Shown: positions 28,344 to 38,051 of the stretch, piece by piece
Position numbering within the stretch: the stretch's first letter is position 1
How the letters are laid out: every line of letters starts with the position of its first letter
Assembly (NCBI GenBank): GCA_016183565.1
Contig: JACPEJ010000001.1
Location: 550,479-614,478 of the forward strand
DNA from: Candidatus Blackburnbacteria bacterium
Lineage (GTDB): Bacteria; Patescibacteriota; Microgenomatia; UBA8517; UBA10165
Direction of reading: 5' to 3'
Length of the DNA: 64,000 bases
Position numbers and translations under genes: made by a program
Notes under the pieces: generated by a model
Told to the model about the DNA's origin: nothing
The model's database searches: none
Seen by the model: the letters and a program-made list of their open reading frames with translations, nothing else

Positions 28344-30074
28344 ATGACTCTTCGAAAGTTGCTTGGCTTAGTACCCAGTCCAGTTCTATTTATTTTTCTT
28401 CTCGCATTTTTTCTTCGAACCTATAAATTAGCAGAATTACCAGTTGGCTTTCATGCTGACGAAGTAAGAGTTGGTTGGAATGCTTATTCGATTTTGAAAA
28501 CTGGGCGGGATGATTGGGGGAATAGATTACCGCTTTACTACAACACATTCGGCGACTTTCGCCCAACGGGATACTTCTATCTTACGATTCCATCAATAAT
28601 AGCCTTTGGCACAACCGAATTTGCAGTTAGATTCCCAGGGGCTTTATTCGGCGCATTGACTATTGTATCGCTTTATTTTTTTGTTAGACAATGTGTTTCA
28701 AAAAGTATACTGCGTTCTAGATACTTCACACTTGATACTGCTAGTGCCTCCGCACTCCTACTTGCACTTTCACCTTGGCATATCTCGCTTTCTCGTGCCA
28801 CCTCTGAAGGTATAGTTGCAGTCTTTTTAGTCATCACTGGTTTAAGTTTACTTATTTATTATCTACACACCAGGCGTGCGTTATTTTTACTACCTGCACT
28901 ACTTTTACTACTTTCTTCGTATCTTTTTTACCACTCAGCCCGTCTTCTTGTTCCATTGCTCGCGACAACAACTGCAGGCTATTTCTGGTGGCAATATTAC
29001 AAAAATACCCGAGGTGCCAACGTATTCCACCTCCCAGGTGGAAAATATGCACTCTTGCTTTTACTCTTGCTCTTTTTGGTAACACTTGCTTTTAGTCTAA
29101 ATAAAGAAGCCCGTGCTCGTTTTTCTCAAGTCTCAATTATCCATGACTTAGATGTTAAATTTGAACTTGATAAAATGCCTTTTGAGGAAGGTCCCAATAG
29201 GGTTTTTATTGCACGATTCTTTCATAACAAACCTAGTGTGTGGGCCCGACGGTTTATCGATGAGTACATGCAATATATAAGTGCAAAATTCTTCCTTGTC
29301 CCGAAGGAGGCCAAGCCTTTGCGCTATGCAACTGTTGGCATGGGAATTTTAACTTATGCTGAGTTTGCGCTTCTTATTTTAGGACTCGTTGCTTTAGCTC
29401 AAAAGAAGAATTACACCTCTGTTCTATTTCTATTTTTATTTCTTCTTTCTCCCTTACCTGCAGCAATAACAACCGAGGATGCGCCCAATATGCACCGAGC
29501 ACTTTTTATGGCTCCGTTTGTATCTGTACTCAGTGCTTTTGGCCTGTTTTATCTAATGAACACCCAAAGACATTCCACTTTGCTGCGTAATGCTGCCTTT
29601 GTGGTTGTGGGTTTGAATTTTATTTTCTTTTCCCACATGTACTTAACTCACAATCGTGTTAATAATCCTCTCTATAGAAATGTAGGGGCAAAAGAACTTG
29701 CGATGAAAATTGATACTATAAAAGATGTGTATGATGAGATTTTGATCACTAATATTCCAGATAGTCCATATCCTTGGATTGCGTATTTTGCTAACCAAGA
29801 TCCCAAAGTCTTCAACACAGATGCTCAAGCAAGAGATAAAGGAGTTTGGACAAGCAACAACTTAGTTTTTACGGGAATGCGTTGTCCATCAAGAGATGCT
29901 TTCAAACAAGATTCGGAAAATGAGCTTAATAAAGTTAAAAAGTTGCTGGTTGTAGATGCCGAGGCTTGTGAGGCTGAGGCGTATAAGTACAATTATGGTG
30001 AAAATGTAACTATATTAGATCAAATCAAAAGACCCGACGGAACCATAGTGTATACTCTGTGGGCCCGAGAATAG
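28344..30074 (+). CDS. GT-C fold glycosyltransferase, ArnT/PMT (GT39/GT83)-like
   Basis: The start is chosen at the internal Met (MTLRKLLGLVPSPVLFIFLLAFFLRTYKLAELPVGFHADE...), the typical ArnT/PMT N-terminus with a DE motif in loop 1. The longer ORF begins at 28242. Confidence 0.7.
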   Translation: MTLRKLLGLVPSPVLFIFLLAFFLRTYKLAELPVGFHADEVRVGWNAYSILKTGRDDWGNRLPLYYNTFGDFRPTGYFYLTIPSIIAFGTTEFAVRFPGALFGALTIVSLYFFVRQCVSKSILRSRYFTLDTASASALLLALSPWHISLSRATSEGIVAVFLVITGLSLLIYYLHTRRALFLLPALLLLLSSYLFYHSARLLVPLLATTTAGYFWWQYYKNTRGANVFHLPGGKYALLLLLLLFLVTLAFSLNKEARARFSQVSIIHDLDVKFELDKMPFEEGPNRVFIARFFHNKPSVWARRFIDEYMQYISAKFFLVPKEAKPLRYATVGMGILTYAEFALLILGLVALAQKKNYTSVLFLFLFLLSPLPAAITTEDAPNMHRALFMAPFVSVLSAFGLFYLMNTQRHSTLLRNAAFVVVGLNFIFFSHMYLTHNRVNNPLYRNVGAKELAMKIDTIKDVYDEILITNIPDSPYPWIAYFANQDPKVFNTDAQARDKGVWTSNNLVFTGMRCPSRDAFKQDSENELNKVKKLLVVDAEACEAEAYKYNYGENVTILDQIKRPDGTIVYTLWARE

Positions 30075-30092
30075 TCTGCTTGTGGCGAAAAT

Positions 30093-31391
30093 ATGCTTAA
30101 AACTCTTACATTAAAAAACGGAATTTGTGTTGCAACTTATAATCTCCCAAATGTTCGTTCGTTTCATTTTCGTATCACTGCCAAGGGTGGTTCTATTGTT
30201 GAACCTATAAAAACTCAGGGTCTTGCACATTTTATGGAGCATATGCTTCTTCAGGGTATTCCTTCTTTCCCAACAGTTGAGCTTTTATCCGAATATATAG
30301 AAAGTCTTTCTGGAACTTATAACGCAGTAACTAGCCAACATTTGATAAGTTTTTATACAACTCTTCCAGTAACCCACACTGAAGATGCAGTTAAAATTTC
30401 AAGCGAAGTCTTTTTTGAGTCGCTTTTCCCAGAAGTTGCGCTTGAAAAAGAAAGACGGGTGATTTTAGAAGAAATAAGGCAGGGGATGGATTCGACCGGT
30501 TATAGACTAACAAAGTTTTTTAAAGAAACTAGGTTTCGGAAGGGGAGTCAATTGACTGCGGTTGGGGGTGGTTCCACTCGCGCAATTGCAAAATTCACAC
30601 GAGAAAATTTGATGGATTACTGGAAAAAATATTTAATACCGAAGAATACTTATATCCTTGCAATAGGTAAATTTGATTCTGAAAATCTCCTTAAACTTTT
30701 GGAAAAATACTTTGGTCGTTACGAGGAAGAAAGGAGTTTTGACGGATTTCCCATGTTTTCAAAGGATCATTTTTCTGCAAGACAAGTGGCCTTGCGTTTC
30801 GATCCAAAACTTCGGTCGAATTATATTGATATTACTTTTCCTTCTTTGCCTGCCGAGTTACCTTTAAAATTGCGGCTTCAGCAATCTTTGCTTCTTACTA
30901 TACTTAGTAATCTTTCCCGAAGCCGTCTTTTTAAGTTATTGCGTCATCAGCTTGGGATAGTATACGGAGTTAGCGCTGGATCGTATACAACCGATGGTCT
31001 AGGTTACGTTCAAATAAGTTCTGAGGCGGCAAGTGGTAATCTTGAGCAGGTAATATCACTTATTACTCAAGAGCTGTCCGGGTTTGTCAAGAATGGTCCG
31101 ACTGAGGAGGAGTTAGGAGTTGCAAAGGAGTTTTTGTCCAATCGTTGGTTGATGTTGTTTGACCATCCGACTTCTATCGCGGGTTGGGTTGAAAATGATC
31201 TTTTGTGGGAGGAGCGGGTAAGACTTCCTGAGGAGATAATAGAGCTTATAAAAAACACAGATGTAGGAGAGTTAATTTCGCTTATGGAAAAGTATTGGGA
31301 TTTTTCAAAACTAAACTTGAGTATTCAGGGTGCAGTAAGGAATACAAGAGAAAACGTCCAGAAGTTTTCGGAGATTTTGGAGGTGTTGTGA
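30093..31391 (+). CDS. M16-family (pitrilysin-like) zinc peptidase
   Basis: Inverted zinc-binding motif HFMEH (HxxEH) near the N-terminus. 432 aa. Confidence 0.7.
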   Translation: MLKTLTLKNGICVATYNLPNVRSFHFRITAKGGSIVEPIKTQGLAHFMEHMLLQGIPSFPTVELLSEYIESLSGTYNAVTSQHLISFYTTLPVTHTEDAVKISSEVFFESLFPEVALEKERRVILEEIRQGMDSTGYRLTKFFKETRFRKGSQLTAVGGGSTRAIAKFTRENLMDYWKKYLIPKNTYILAIGKFDSENLLKLLEKYFGRYEEERSFDGFPMFSKDHFSARQVALRFDPKLRSNYIDITFPSLPAELPLKLRLQQSLLLTILSNLSRSRLFKLLRHQLGIVYGVSAGSYTTDGLGYVQISSEAASGNLEQVISLITQELSGFVKNGPTEEELGVAKEFLSNRWLMLFDHPTSIAGWVENDLLWEERVRLPEEIIELIKNTDVGELISLMEKYWDFSKLNLSIQGAVRNTRENVQKFSEILEVL

Positions 31392-31392
31392 G

Positions 31393-31477
31393 TGCCGGGG
31401 AGAGGACTCGAACCTCCACGTTCCAGTTGGAACAAGGGCTCTTAAGGCCCTCGCGTCTACCATTCCGCCACCCCGGC
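31393..31477 (-). tRNA. tRNA-Leu (TAA)
   Basis: The reverse complement GCCGGGGTGGCGGAATGGTAGACGCGAGGGCCTTAAGAGCCCT... has anticodon loop CTTAAGA, a long variable arm and T-loop TTCGAGT. Confidence 0.85.
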
Positions 31478-31510
31478 GTGCCTCTATTTTACCATTGCTT
31501 GCACATTAGC

Positions 31511-32065
31511 TCAAGCCAGATCTGTAAAGGAAAGGAGTGTAGGGAAACCTTCGCGAACGGTTCGATCTAGCATGTTGATGGTTAGTTTGTGTCTTTCGCT
31601 CTCTGTAACTGTGTCTAGGTCTTGTACTTCAAAATCTCCTCCGAGCAGTTCTGAGAACAGGTGGACTTTTTCCTTGCACTCTGGAAACTGAACAAATAAA
31701 CCTCCGACAGGATCTGTTAATATTTTTTTGTCCATTGCCAAAATAATATCTGCACGTTCTATGGTTTCGCGATCAATTGGTTGAGCAATGTGTGTCGAGA
31801 GATCAATTTCTAAGTTCCGCAAATGCGGTTCAGCCGCTTCGTACTCCTCTTTATAGAAGGTGAAATTTGGATGTTTTGGAGGGGGCAGTCCAGCAGAGCC
31901 TAAGATTCCTCTGGAGAGGCAATAGTACTTATTTTCAAGGCCTCTCTTTTTAATTTCTCGGTTAATTAAAAACGCAGCAGTGGGGGAACGCTGTATGTTT
32001 CCCCAGCAAACCGCAAGAACCAATTTCCTCTTGTCGTTTCCCATACCATATATTTTACTACACAC
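31511..32065 (-). CDS. Low-molecular-weight protein tyrosine phosphatase-like protein
   Basis: P-loop LVLAVCWGNIQRSPTA matches the C-X5-R(S) LMW-PTP/ArsC signature. Confidence 0.65.
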   Translation of the reverse strand: MCSKIYGMGNDKRKLVLAVCWGNIQRSPTAAFLINREIKKRGLENKYYCLSRGILGSAGLPPPKHPNFTFYKEEYEAAEPHLRNLEIDLSTHIAQPIDRETIERADIILAMDKKILTDPVGGLFVQFPECKEKVHLFSELLGGDFEVQDLDTVTESERHKLTINMLDRTVREGFPTLLSFTDLA

Positions 32066-32090
32066 TCCGAGAGTTTTTCTTCACCTACAG

Positions 32091-33182
32091 CTATGGAGCA
32101 ACATCAGCTACCGAGGGCAAACCATCTTCAAGCCCACTGATTCTAACTCCTACAAGCCGTACTGGTTTACCATTCAAATACGGCAGCAATAACTTAAGAG
32201 CAAGTCTTTTTGCGTTGGCTGTAGTCAGTAGACCTTCAGCTGTAGTCTGTGAACTATGTGTTTCAAACCAAGCATAACGAACAATCACAGTAAGCGTTTT
32301 GCCTCGCCAAGTCTGACTTGGTCGGGCTAAGTCTTCAAAAGTCTCTTTTAGTAATTCAAAAACAGTTTTAGTAATAATTCTTGGATCTTTAGTGTCGTTC
32401 TCGAAAGTAGTTTGTCGACCCACGGATTTCACTGTGTGTGTTTCTTCAATAGGTCGATCGTCTTTTCCGTGCGCCATTTCCCAAATATGGTTTCCGCTAA
32501 CTCCAAATCTATCTGTTAGCTTGTAAAGATAAGTGCCTCTAAGGTCTTTTACTGTTACAATTCCCATTTGGTTTAAAGCTTCTGCGGTTTTTGGTCCTAT
32601 GCCAGGTAAAACACGAACACTCATTGGATCCAGAAACTTCTGGATATTTTGAGGTTCAACAACTGTTAAGCCATTGGGCTTTTTAAAGTCTGAGGCAACT
32701 TTCGCAATTAATTTATTCGGCCCAATCCCAACAGAACAGGTTAATTTTTCCTTTATCTTTATCTGCTTCTTAATCTCCCCAGCAAGCCTTATTGCCACCT
32801 CATAGTTTGGCATTTGGCATTTATCATTTGTCATTTCTATATATGCTTCGTCTATCGACATCTGTTCCGTTTTGTATCCAAAACTTTTCAATTGACATAT
32901 AATACTTTCCGAAACTTCGTTATAGCGCTTGAAATTAACAGGAAGAAAAATTGCAGAAGGGCATGCTTTGTAAGCCCACGAAATAGGCATTGCGGATTTG
33001 ATGCCATATTTTCTTGCTTCGTAATTTGCAGTCGAAACAACACCTCGGCCGAAACCATTTTTAGGGTCAGCTCCGACTATAATGGGTTTTCCATTGAATT
33101 GAGGACTATCTCGTTCTTCGATAGCTGCAAAAAATGCATCCATGTCAACATGTAATACTACTCTACCCGAAGAAAATCCCAT
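32091..33182 (-). CDS. dinB: DNA polymerase IV (Y-family translesion polymerase)
   Basis: VVLHVDMDAFFAAIEERD N-terminus, SIDEAYIE catalytic motif, little-finger domain. 363 aa. Confidence 0.9.
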   Translation of the reverse strand: MGFSSGRVVLHVDMDAFFAAIEERDSPQFNGKPIIVGADPKNGFGRGVVSTANYEARKYGIKSAMPISWAYKACPSAIFLPVNFKRYNEVSESIICQLKSFGYKTEQMSIDEAYIEMTNDKCQMPNYEVAIRLAGEIKKQIKIKEKLTCSVGIGPNKLIAKVASDFKKPNGLTVVEPQNIQKFLDPMSVRVLPGIGPKTAEALNQMGIVTVKDLRGTYLYKLTDRFGVSGNHIWEMAHGKDDRPIEETHTVKSVGRQTTFENDTKDPRIITKTVFELLKETFEDLARPSQTWRGKTLTVIVRYAWFETHSSQTTAEGLLTTANAKRLALKLLLPYLNGKPVRLVGVRISGLEDGLPSVADVAP

Positions 33183-33401
33183 ATATCAGATATATTCGGG
33201 TATTGTTTGGAGTAAGTCAAGCACCGCTTTTATGGCCGATCTAAATAGCATGCAACACAAAAGGCTATATGAGATCTATGATCGATCTTGCTTCCACATC
33301 AGCGGGGCGCAGATCCCGTAGACACGCCCTTCGGCTGCGTGGATGTAAACCACGAGACGAAGTAAGTGTTCTACTGGGATCAAGGGGTCAAATTATATCA
33401 T

Positions 33402-34934
33402 TTAAAGAACCGGAGAGGGTACGAGTTGTAGACAATTTTCGAGTCGCGACCGCAAGCTCCTCAATTTATCTTCATTTTTCTTCAAAAATTCATAAGCTTT
33501 ATTGTCTGATGAAACCCATGCTCCAATTTTTCTTAGGCCTTTTTCTTGGTTTTTTTCGAGAGTAGAAAGTCGAAACTCTAAGTTTGATATTGCGTCAAAT
33601 CCGTCCCCGTCGCAAGAGGTTGAGTAATAGTCTAAAGCGTCTTCCCAACCTAACCAAGCATCGTTTGAGATGTCAGGTCGAGTAACATAGGCGTGATCTA
33701 CTTTATATCCTAGGTTTGGCTTTTTAACTATTCCCACAAGATAATCAGTATTGGCAAAATTCATAATAAAAGCAACAAGGACTGTGTTGAGAAATACTAA
33801 ACCAGCAATCTTTTCTTGGGCAATTTTTCCGTACAATCTTGCCAAAAACACAAGGAGGACTCCCAAAAGCCAAATACTTAGGAATATCCCCAAAACTCGT
33901 GCTTGAGTAAAACCAAATTCGGCTTGGTAAAGGTAAACTCTTCTAAAAGCAGAACCCAGAAGGAGAAGGACTTCAAAGATGAAAAGATAGGCAACTCCCA
34001 ACTCGCCAAAAATTTTCTTACCGCCTTCAGTCTTTTGTACCAAAACATAAACCAAAGGCAAACTTACAAAACTAACTAAGATTAGCTCGAAAAATCCTTT
34101 CCTGGTGTACTCAGAAAGGCTAATTTGCATTTTTTCTAAGAGATCCTTGCCTGCAAAAAGTTCTTGGGCTTGTACTAAAAGAAAAAGTGCAATAATAAGT
34201 GAGGCCGCGGTAGTAGCAACAAGAACTGATACTTTGTGTTTTCCGATCTCTTTAATCAAAGAAAATTCTTTAAAACTGTCTTTTTGAGGGCGCAATAGAG
34301 TTGAGAATAGCCCGAAGACAAAAATACTTTCTATTATTCTCTTGAGTGCTCTTGTGGACAGCTCTAATTTAAAATTGCTTAAGATGTTTTGAAAATATCT
34401 TGCAAAGAGTGGGTCCGCTTGGATAAATAAATAGGTAAATAGAAAAACCAAAATTGTGCCCAAAAGGGCTCCTCCTAAAAGTTGAGAGATATTTATAGGA
34501 CATCTTTTGGAAGCAGGGATCTTATTAATAGCAGGCACAAGGTCACTCCAGGAGTGCCCGATTTGCACAATTGCTCGCACGATGTAAAGAATTGGGGCAA
34601 GGATTAGTGTTTTAATGGTTAGTGGCTCATCTGGTTCTCTTGAGCGAACTATTGCTAAAACATTTAGGAGATAAACTAAAACAATTGTTATAAATCTTCC
34701 GGGCTCAAAGCTTCTGAACGCAAGAAATATAGACAGTCCAACGCTTGCTAACAAGTAAAATGCGCTTTTTTTATTTTCCCCAACTTGTGGAATAAAAATA
34801 AGTAAGGACAACACAAAGAGGGAATTTAAGATAGGAAGGCCTAAACCCCAACGATTATCAAGAAGGAACAAGATATAAAAAAGAGTTAGGAGAAGTACAA
34901 CAACAAGCCGCGTTTTTCCCTTACCCTTTATCAA
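33402..34934 (-). CDS. Polytopic membrane protein with C-terminal extracytoplasmic domain (hypothetical)
   Basis: ~12 TM helices followed by a soluble C-terminal region. No catalytic motif assigned. Confidence 0.45.
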   Translation of the reverse strand: MIKGKGKTRLVVVLLLTLFYILFLLDNRWGLGLPILNSLFVLSLLIFIPQVGENKKSAFYLLASVGLSIFLAFRSFEPGRFITIVLVYLLNVLAIVRSREPDEPLTIKTLILAPILYIVRAIVQIGHSWSDLVPAINKIPASKRCPINISQLLGGALLGTILVFLFTYLFIQADPLFARYFQNILSNFKLELSTRALKRIIESIFVFGLFSTLLRPQKDSFKEFSLIKEIGKHKVSVLVATTAASLIIALFLLVQAQELFAGKDLLEKMQISLSEYTRKGFFELILVSFVSLPLVYVLVQKTEGGKKIFGELGVAYLFIFEVLLLLGSAFRRVYLYQAEFGFTQARVLGIFLSIWLLGVLLVFLARLYGKIAQEKIAGLVFLNTVLVAFIMNFANTDYLVGIVKKPNLGYKVDHAYVTRPDISNDAWLGWEDALDYYSTSCDGDGFDAISNLEFRLSTLEKNQEKGLRKIGAWVSSDNKAYEFLKKNEDKLRSLRSRLENCLQLVPSPVL

Positions 34935-34992
34935 TGTGTATTAACTATACCAGTCTTGGTCAACCTGCCGCAAGAAAGTTGCTACAATCTTG

Positions 34993-35046
34993 AGGTGTCG
35001 TATCTGATCCACCCCCGAGGTGGATTTCGCCTTACACCTCTGGAGC
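34993..35046 (+). repeat. REP-like element pair (gtgtcgtatctgatccacc-hairpin family)
   Basis: gaggtgtcgtatctgatccacccccgaggtggatttcgccttacacctctgg. The 19-nt core is shared with the intragenic copy at 55470-55505. Confidence 0.5.
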
Positions 35047-35125
35047 CAGAAGATTTTCTAATGTGACGATTATATTATTAAGGGTAAAAAGAGAGTCATA
35101 TTTATGGTATACTAACAGGTGGAAT

Positions 35126-35199
35126 CGGGGAGTAGCTCAGTTGGCTAGAGTGCGCGGTTTGGGACCGTGAGGTCGGAGGTTCGAGTCCTCTCTCCCCGA
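35126..35199 (+). tRNA. tRNA-Pro (TGG)
   Basis: CGGGGAGTAGCTCAGTTGGCTAGAGTGCGCGGTTTGGGACCGTG... has anticodon loop TTTGGGA, T-loop TTCGAGT and acceptor CGGGGAG/CTCCCCG. Confidence 0.85.
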
Positions 35200-36889
35200 C
35201 TGAAAGTGAATCCGCAAAATTGAGCCTGGAGTGGCTCTGCGCGGGAGGGGTCGCGCAGAGCTCTGCAAAGCCACTTTTATACGAGACTGCAAGTTGCCGA
35301 TTAGTCAAAAAGAAGTTCGAGCCGACAGTTTTTCCGAAGAATGCTAATTCTTCGGATGTATTTTTTGTGCGCGCGATTTTTGCGCACGAAAGTGCGCTAC
35401 CAATGAAGTTTTTGAAAGGTTCGAGCCAACTCGAACCATTTTGTTTTATTTTTTAATTTTTCTTCGAAAAATTCGTTCTTTTTATTTTTATAAACATCAG
35501 GTTCAATAATTCCTTCTAAGTAACAATCAAGTAGTTTATTAAGTTTTATATCCAAGTCTTTTAATTTTGTTTGGAGTTTTTCAATGTTCTCATGAATGGA
35601 TACAGTTTCTAATTTTTCATCTTCATCTAACCATTTATACCAATCCTTAGCCCAAGTTTCTGGTAGAGCTACATCATCAATGGCTTTTCTAAATTGGGTT
35701 TCAAGTTCTGGCTCGGAGATGTAGGGCTGATTACAAGGTTTTATTTTCTTAGTACATCTATAGTAGATATACTCAACAGTTCGATTTGTCCCTTTATAGA
35801 ATTTTTTGTGGGATTCAGCAGTGATAGTTGCTCCACACTCACCACATCTCATTAAACCCATAAAAGCAAAATTATACCTTCTTTTTTTACGCCTGTCTTT
35901 AAACTCAAGTTGTTTCTGGACTTGCTGAAAAAGCTCTTTAGAGATTGCTACTTTATGAGTACCTTCGTGATATTCCCCGTTATATTCCATAATGCCAACA
36001 TAAAATCTATTAGCTAAAATTCTGCGGATTTCATTGATATGCAAGGGCTTACTATTTTTTCTTTTAAGGTTGAATTTATGGAGAAGAAAGGCAATATCAG
36101 TAAATGTTTTATTTCCCTCCGCAAACAGTTCAAACGCTTTTTTAATAGCTCTTAATTTCTCTGGTTCAACATCTATCCCTCTAGTTTTTGGATTATTGAT
36201 ATATCCAAAAGGAGCTTTACCAGGATAAACACCATTTCTTAATTTTTGTCTTAGCCCTCTTTTTACATTTTCTGATAAGTTGTCTACATAATATTTTGAT
36301 TGGCCAAAAGCGATATTTAACATGAATTTTCCTTGAGGAGTATTCTCGAACCAAGAAGTTGGAAATTTTAAGTCCTTCAATTTCCCAGTATCTAAAAGGT
36401 AAATTATTTTTCCACCATCAATACTATTTCTTGCCAATCGGTCGGGATGCCACGCAATAATCCCACTTACTTGTTGTTTTTCAATCTTCTTTAATACTTC
36501 AGCAAATTTCTCTCTGCCCGGAACTTTAGCAGTTTTTTCTTCTTCAACAAATTCAGTAATTTCTAAATGTTCTCTTTTAGCATATTCTTTTAGCTCGGCA
36601 ATTTGAGCCTGTATGGACAGAATTTGTTTATCTTTTTCTTCCCTGGACTTTCTACAGTAAGCAATATATTTCATAAAATTATCTCTCTCTTAAAAGTTCT
36701 TTAAGCGAGCTTGCGAGCAGGAATTTCTTTTCTAAGAAATTCCAAAATTTTCGCGTCCTCCCGTTTTTTGTTCTTTTTCACTACGGCAACTTGCAGTCTC
36801 GTATAAAAGTGGCTTTGCAGAGCTCTGCGCGACCCCTCCCGCGCAGAGCCACTCCAGGCTCAATTTTGCGGATTCACTTTCAGTCGACC
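35197..36889. mobile_element. Serine-recombinase module bounded by perfect ~104-bp inverted repeats
   Basis: 35197-35300 is the exact reverse complement of 36786-36889 (cgactgaaagtgaatccgcaaaattgagcctggagtggctctgcgcgggaggggtcgcgcagagctctgcaaagccacttttatacgagactgcaagttgccg). The left repeat starts in the last 3-4 nt of tRNA-Pro. The only gene inside is the recombinase. Confidence 0.7.
35397..36674 (-). CDS. Large serine recombinase (resolvase/invertase catalytic domain + recombinase domain + zinc ribbon)
   Basis: N-terminal MKYIAYCRKSREEKDKQ...IIAWHPDRLARN catalytic domain, a central recombinase domain, and the zinc ribbon CGECGATIT...YYRCTKK. 425 aa. Confidence 0.85.
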   Translation of the reverse strand: MKYIAYCRKSREEKDKQILSIQAQIAELKEYAKREHLEITEFVEEEKTAKVPGREKFAEVLKKIEKQQVSGIIAWHPDRLARNSIDGGKIIYLLDTGKLKDLKFPTSWFENTPQGKFMLNIAFGQSKYYVDNLSENVKRGLRQKLRNGVYPGKAPFGYINNPKTRGIDVEPEKLRAIKKAFELFAEGNKTFTDIAFLLHKFNLKRKNSKPLHINEIRRILANRFYVGIMEYNGEYHEGTHKVAISKELFQQVQKQLEFKDRRKKRRYNFAFMGLMRCGECGATITAESHKKFYKGTNRTVEYIYYRCTKKIKPCNQPYISEPELETQFRKAIDDVALPETWAKDWYKWLDEDEKLETVSIHENIEKLQTKLKDLDIKLNKLLDCYLEGIIEPDVYKNKKNEFFEEKLKNKTKWFELARTFQKLHW

Positions 36890-36975
36890 TTTATCGAAAA
36901 ATCCGAACTCGCTTCAAGTCGAATCGGTAGGCCCGCCAGAGGCGGGCCATCTTATCCGCTCAGCCTTCGGCCCAA
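36886..36975 (+). repeat. Inverted repeat X (left copy); partner at 39046..39140
   Basis: gtcgacctttatcgaaaaatccgaactcgcttcaagtcgaatcggtaggcccgccagaggcgggccatcttatccgctcagccttcggcc is the reverse complement of 39046-39140. It contains the perfect hairpin ggcccgcc-agag-gcgggcc. Confidence 0.7.
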
Positions 36976-37231
36976 ACTCTTAAACTGTCGGCTCGAACGG
37001 GTTGCTTTAGCAACCCCAAAAAACGCGAAAATTTTTTAAAGAACTTTTTCCTTTTTGTTTTTCACTTAAAAGGCGCAACCGGTGGACTCAACAAGAATTG
37101 TGTTCTGTTGTCCGATTGCGCCATTAAAAAACACAATTCATAAAATGTTGAGTCCATGAAAAATATATACTGAAGAATGATAAATTTCAACTGGGATTAT
37201 TTATATCAAAACTAAACAAATAAAAATAACA

Positions 37232-37633
37232 ATGGAACTTAAAACATCTTTGTGCAATACTAAATTTGTGAAGTATAAACTTGTACTAACATTGGCTTTA
37301 ACATTTGGCATTATACCTTCTCTACTTTTGCATAGATTTATTTACGGAATTTCTCATGAAAGTGCTGTATATCTAGAATGCAGATTATTATCAAGCTGTT
37401 CGCATTATTACGAGGGTCTAGCACTAAAATTTGTTTCACTTGTTTATTTAATTTTGTATAGCATAACAGTGCTATACTTTCCTTATAAAATAGCAAGAAA
37501 GGAGAGTACGTCTCTTCTTTCATTGCAAACCATCAAAGAAATGGATCTCAAAAGTATTCTAATCGTAATTTTTGTAAGTTTACTATATCTACCGTTAATC
37601 TTTTTTCTGAGTTCCTCAAATAATCCCTTGTGA
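37232..37633 (+). CDS. Small membrane protein (hypothetical) inside the IR-flanked cassette
   Basis: 133 aa with 3 TM helices. Very AT-rich. Confidence 0.4.
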   Translation: MELKTSLCNTKFVKYKLVLTLALTFGIIPSLLLHRFIYGISHESAVYLECRLLSSCSHYYEGLALKFVSLVYLILYSITVLYFPYKIARKESTSLLSLQTIKEMDLKSILIVIFVSLLYLPLIFFLSSSNNPL

Positions 37634-37705
37634 TGGGTTTTTCCGTCTCTTAATGGCTTTTAACTGAAATTTGACTTTTCCAATAAAATATGTGTAAATT
37701 AAATA

Positions 37706-38044
37706 ATGGCTAATAATAGTGTGAATTCTTCTAGTAGTAAATCCTCGGGCATTAAAACAATAGTCACTATTATAATGTTGTTCTTGCTTTACCCGGTAGG
37801 TGTAATTATGATGTTTGTATGGATGAAGTGGCCAATATGGGTAAAAATTATAACGACCCTTGTAATGTTTTATGTTTTTTTTGTAATTATTGGGGCAGTA
37901 GCGGGGTTAGTAGTTCAGGTAACTGATCCTTATGGAAAAATATTTGAAGCACAGCGTAGGCAATGTACAGCTCAATGCGAAAATGTCCCTAATGCAACTG
38001 CCTGTATGACTGAATGTCTAGAGAAGTTGCGAGCTCCGAAATAA
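37706..38044 (+). CDS. Small membrane protein with Cys-rich C-terminus (hypothetical)
   Basis: 112 aa with 2 TM helices. C-terminal CTAQCENVPNATACMTEC. Confidence 0.4.
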   Translation: MANNSVNSSSSKSSGIKTIVTIIMLFLLYPVGVIMMFVWMKWPIWVKIITTLVMFYVFFVIIGAVAGLVVQVTDPYGKIFEAQRRQCTAQCENVPNATACMTECLEKLRAPK

Positions 38045-38051
38045 ATTTAGA

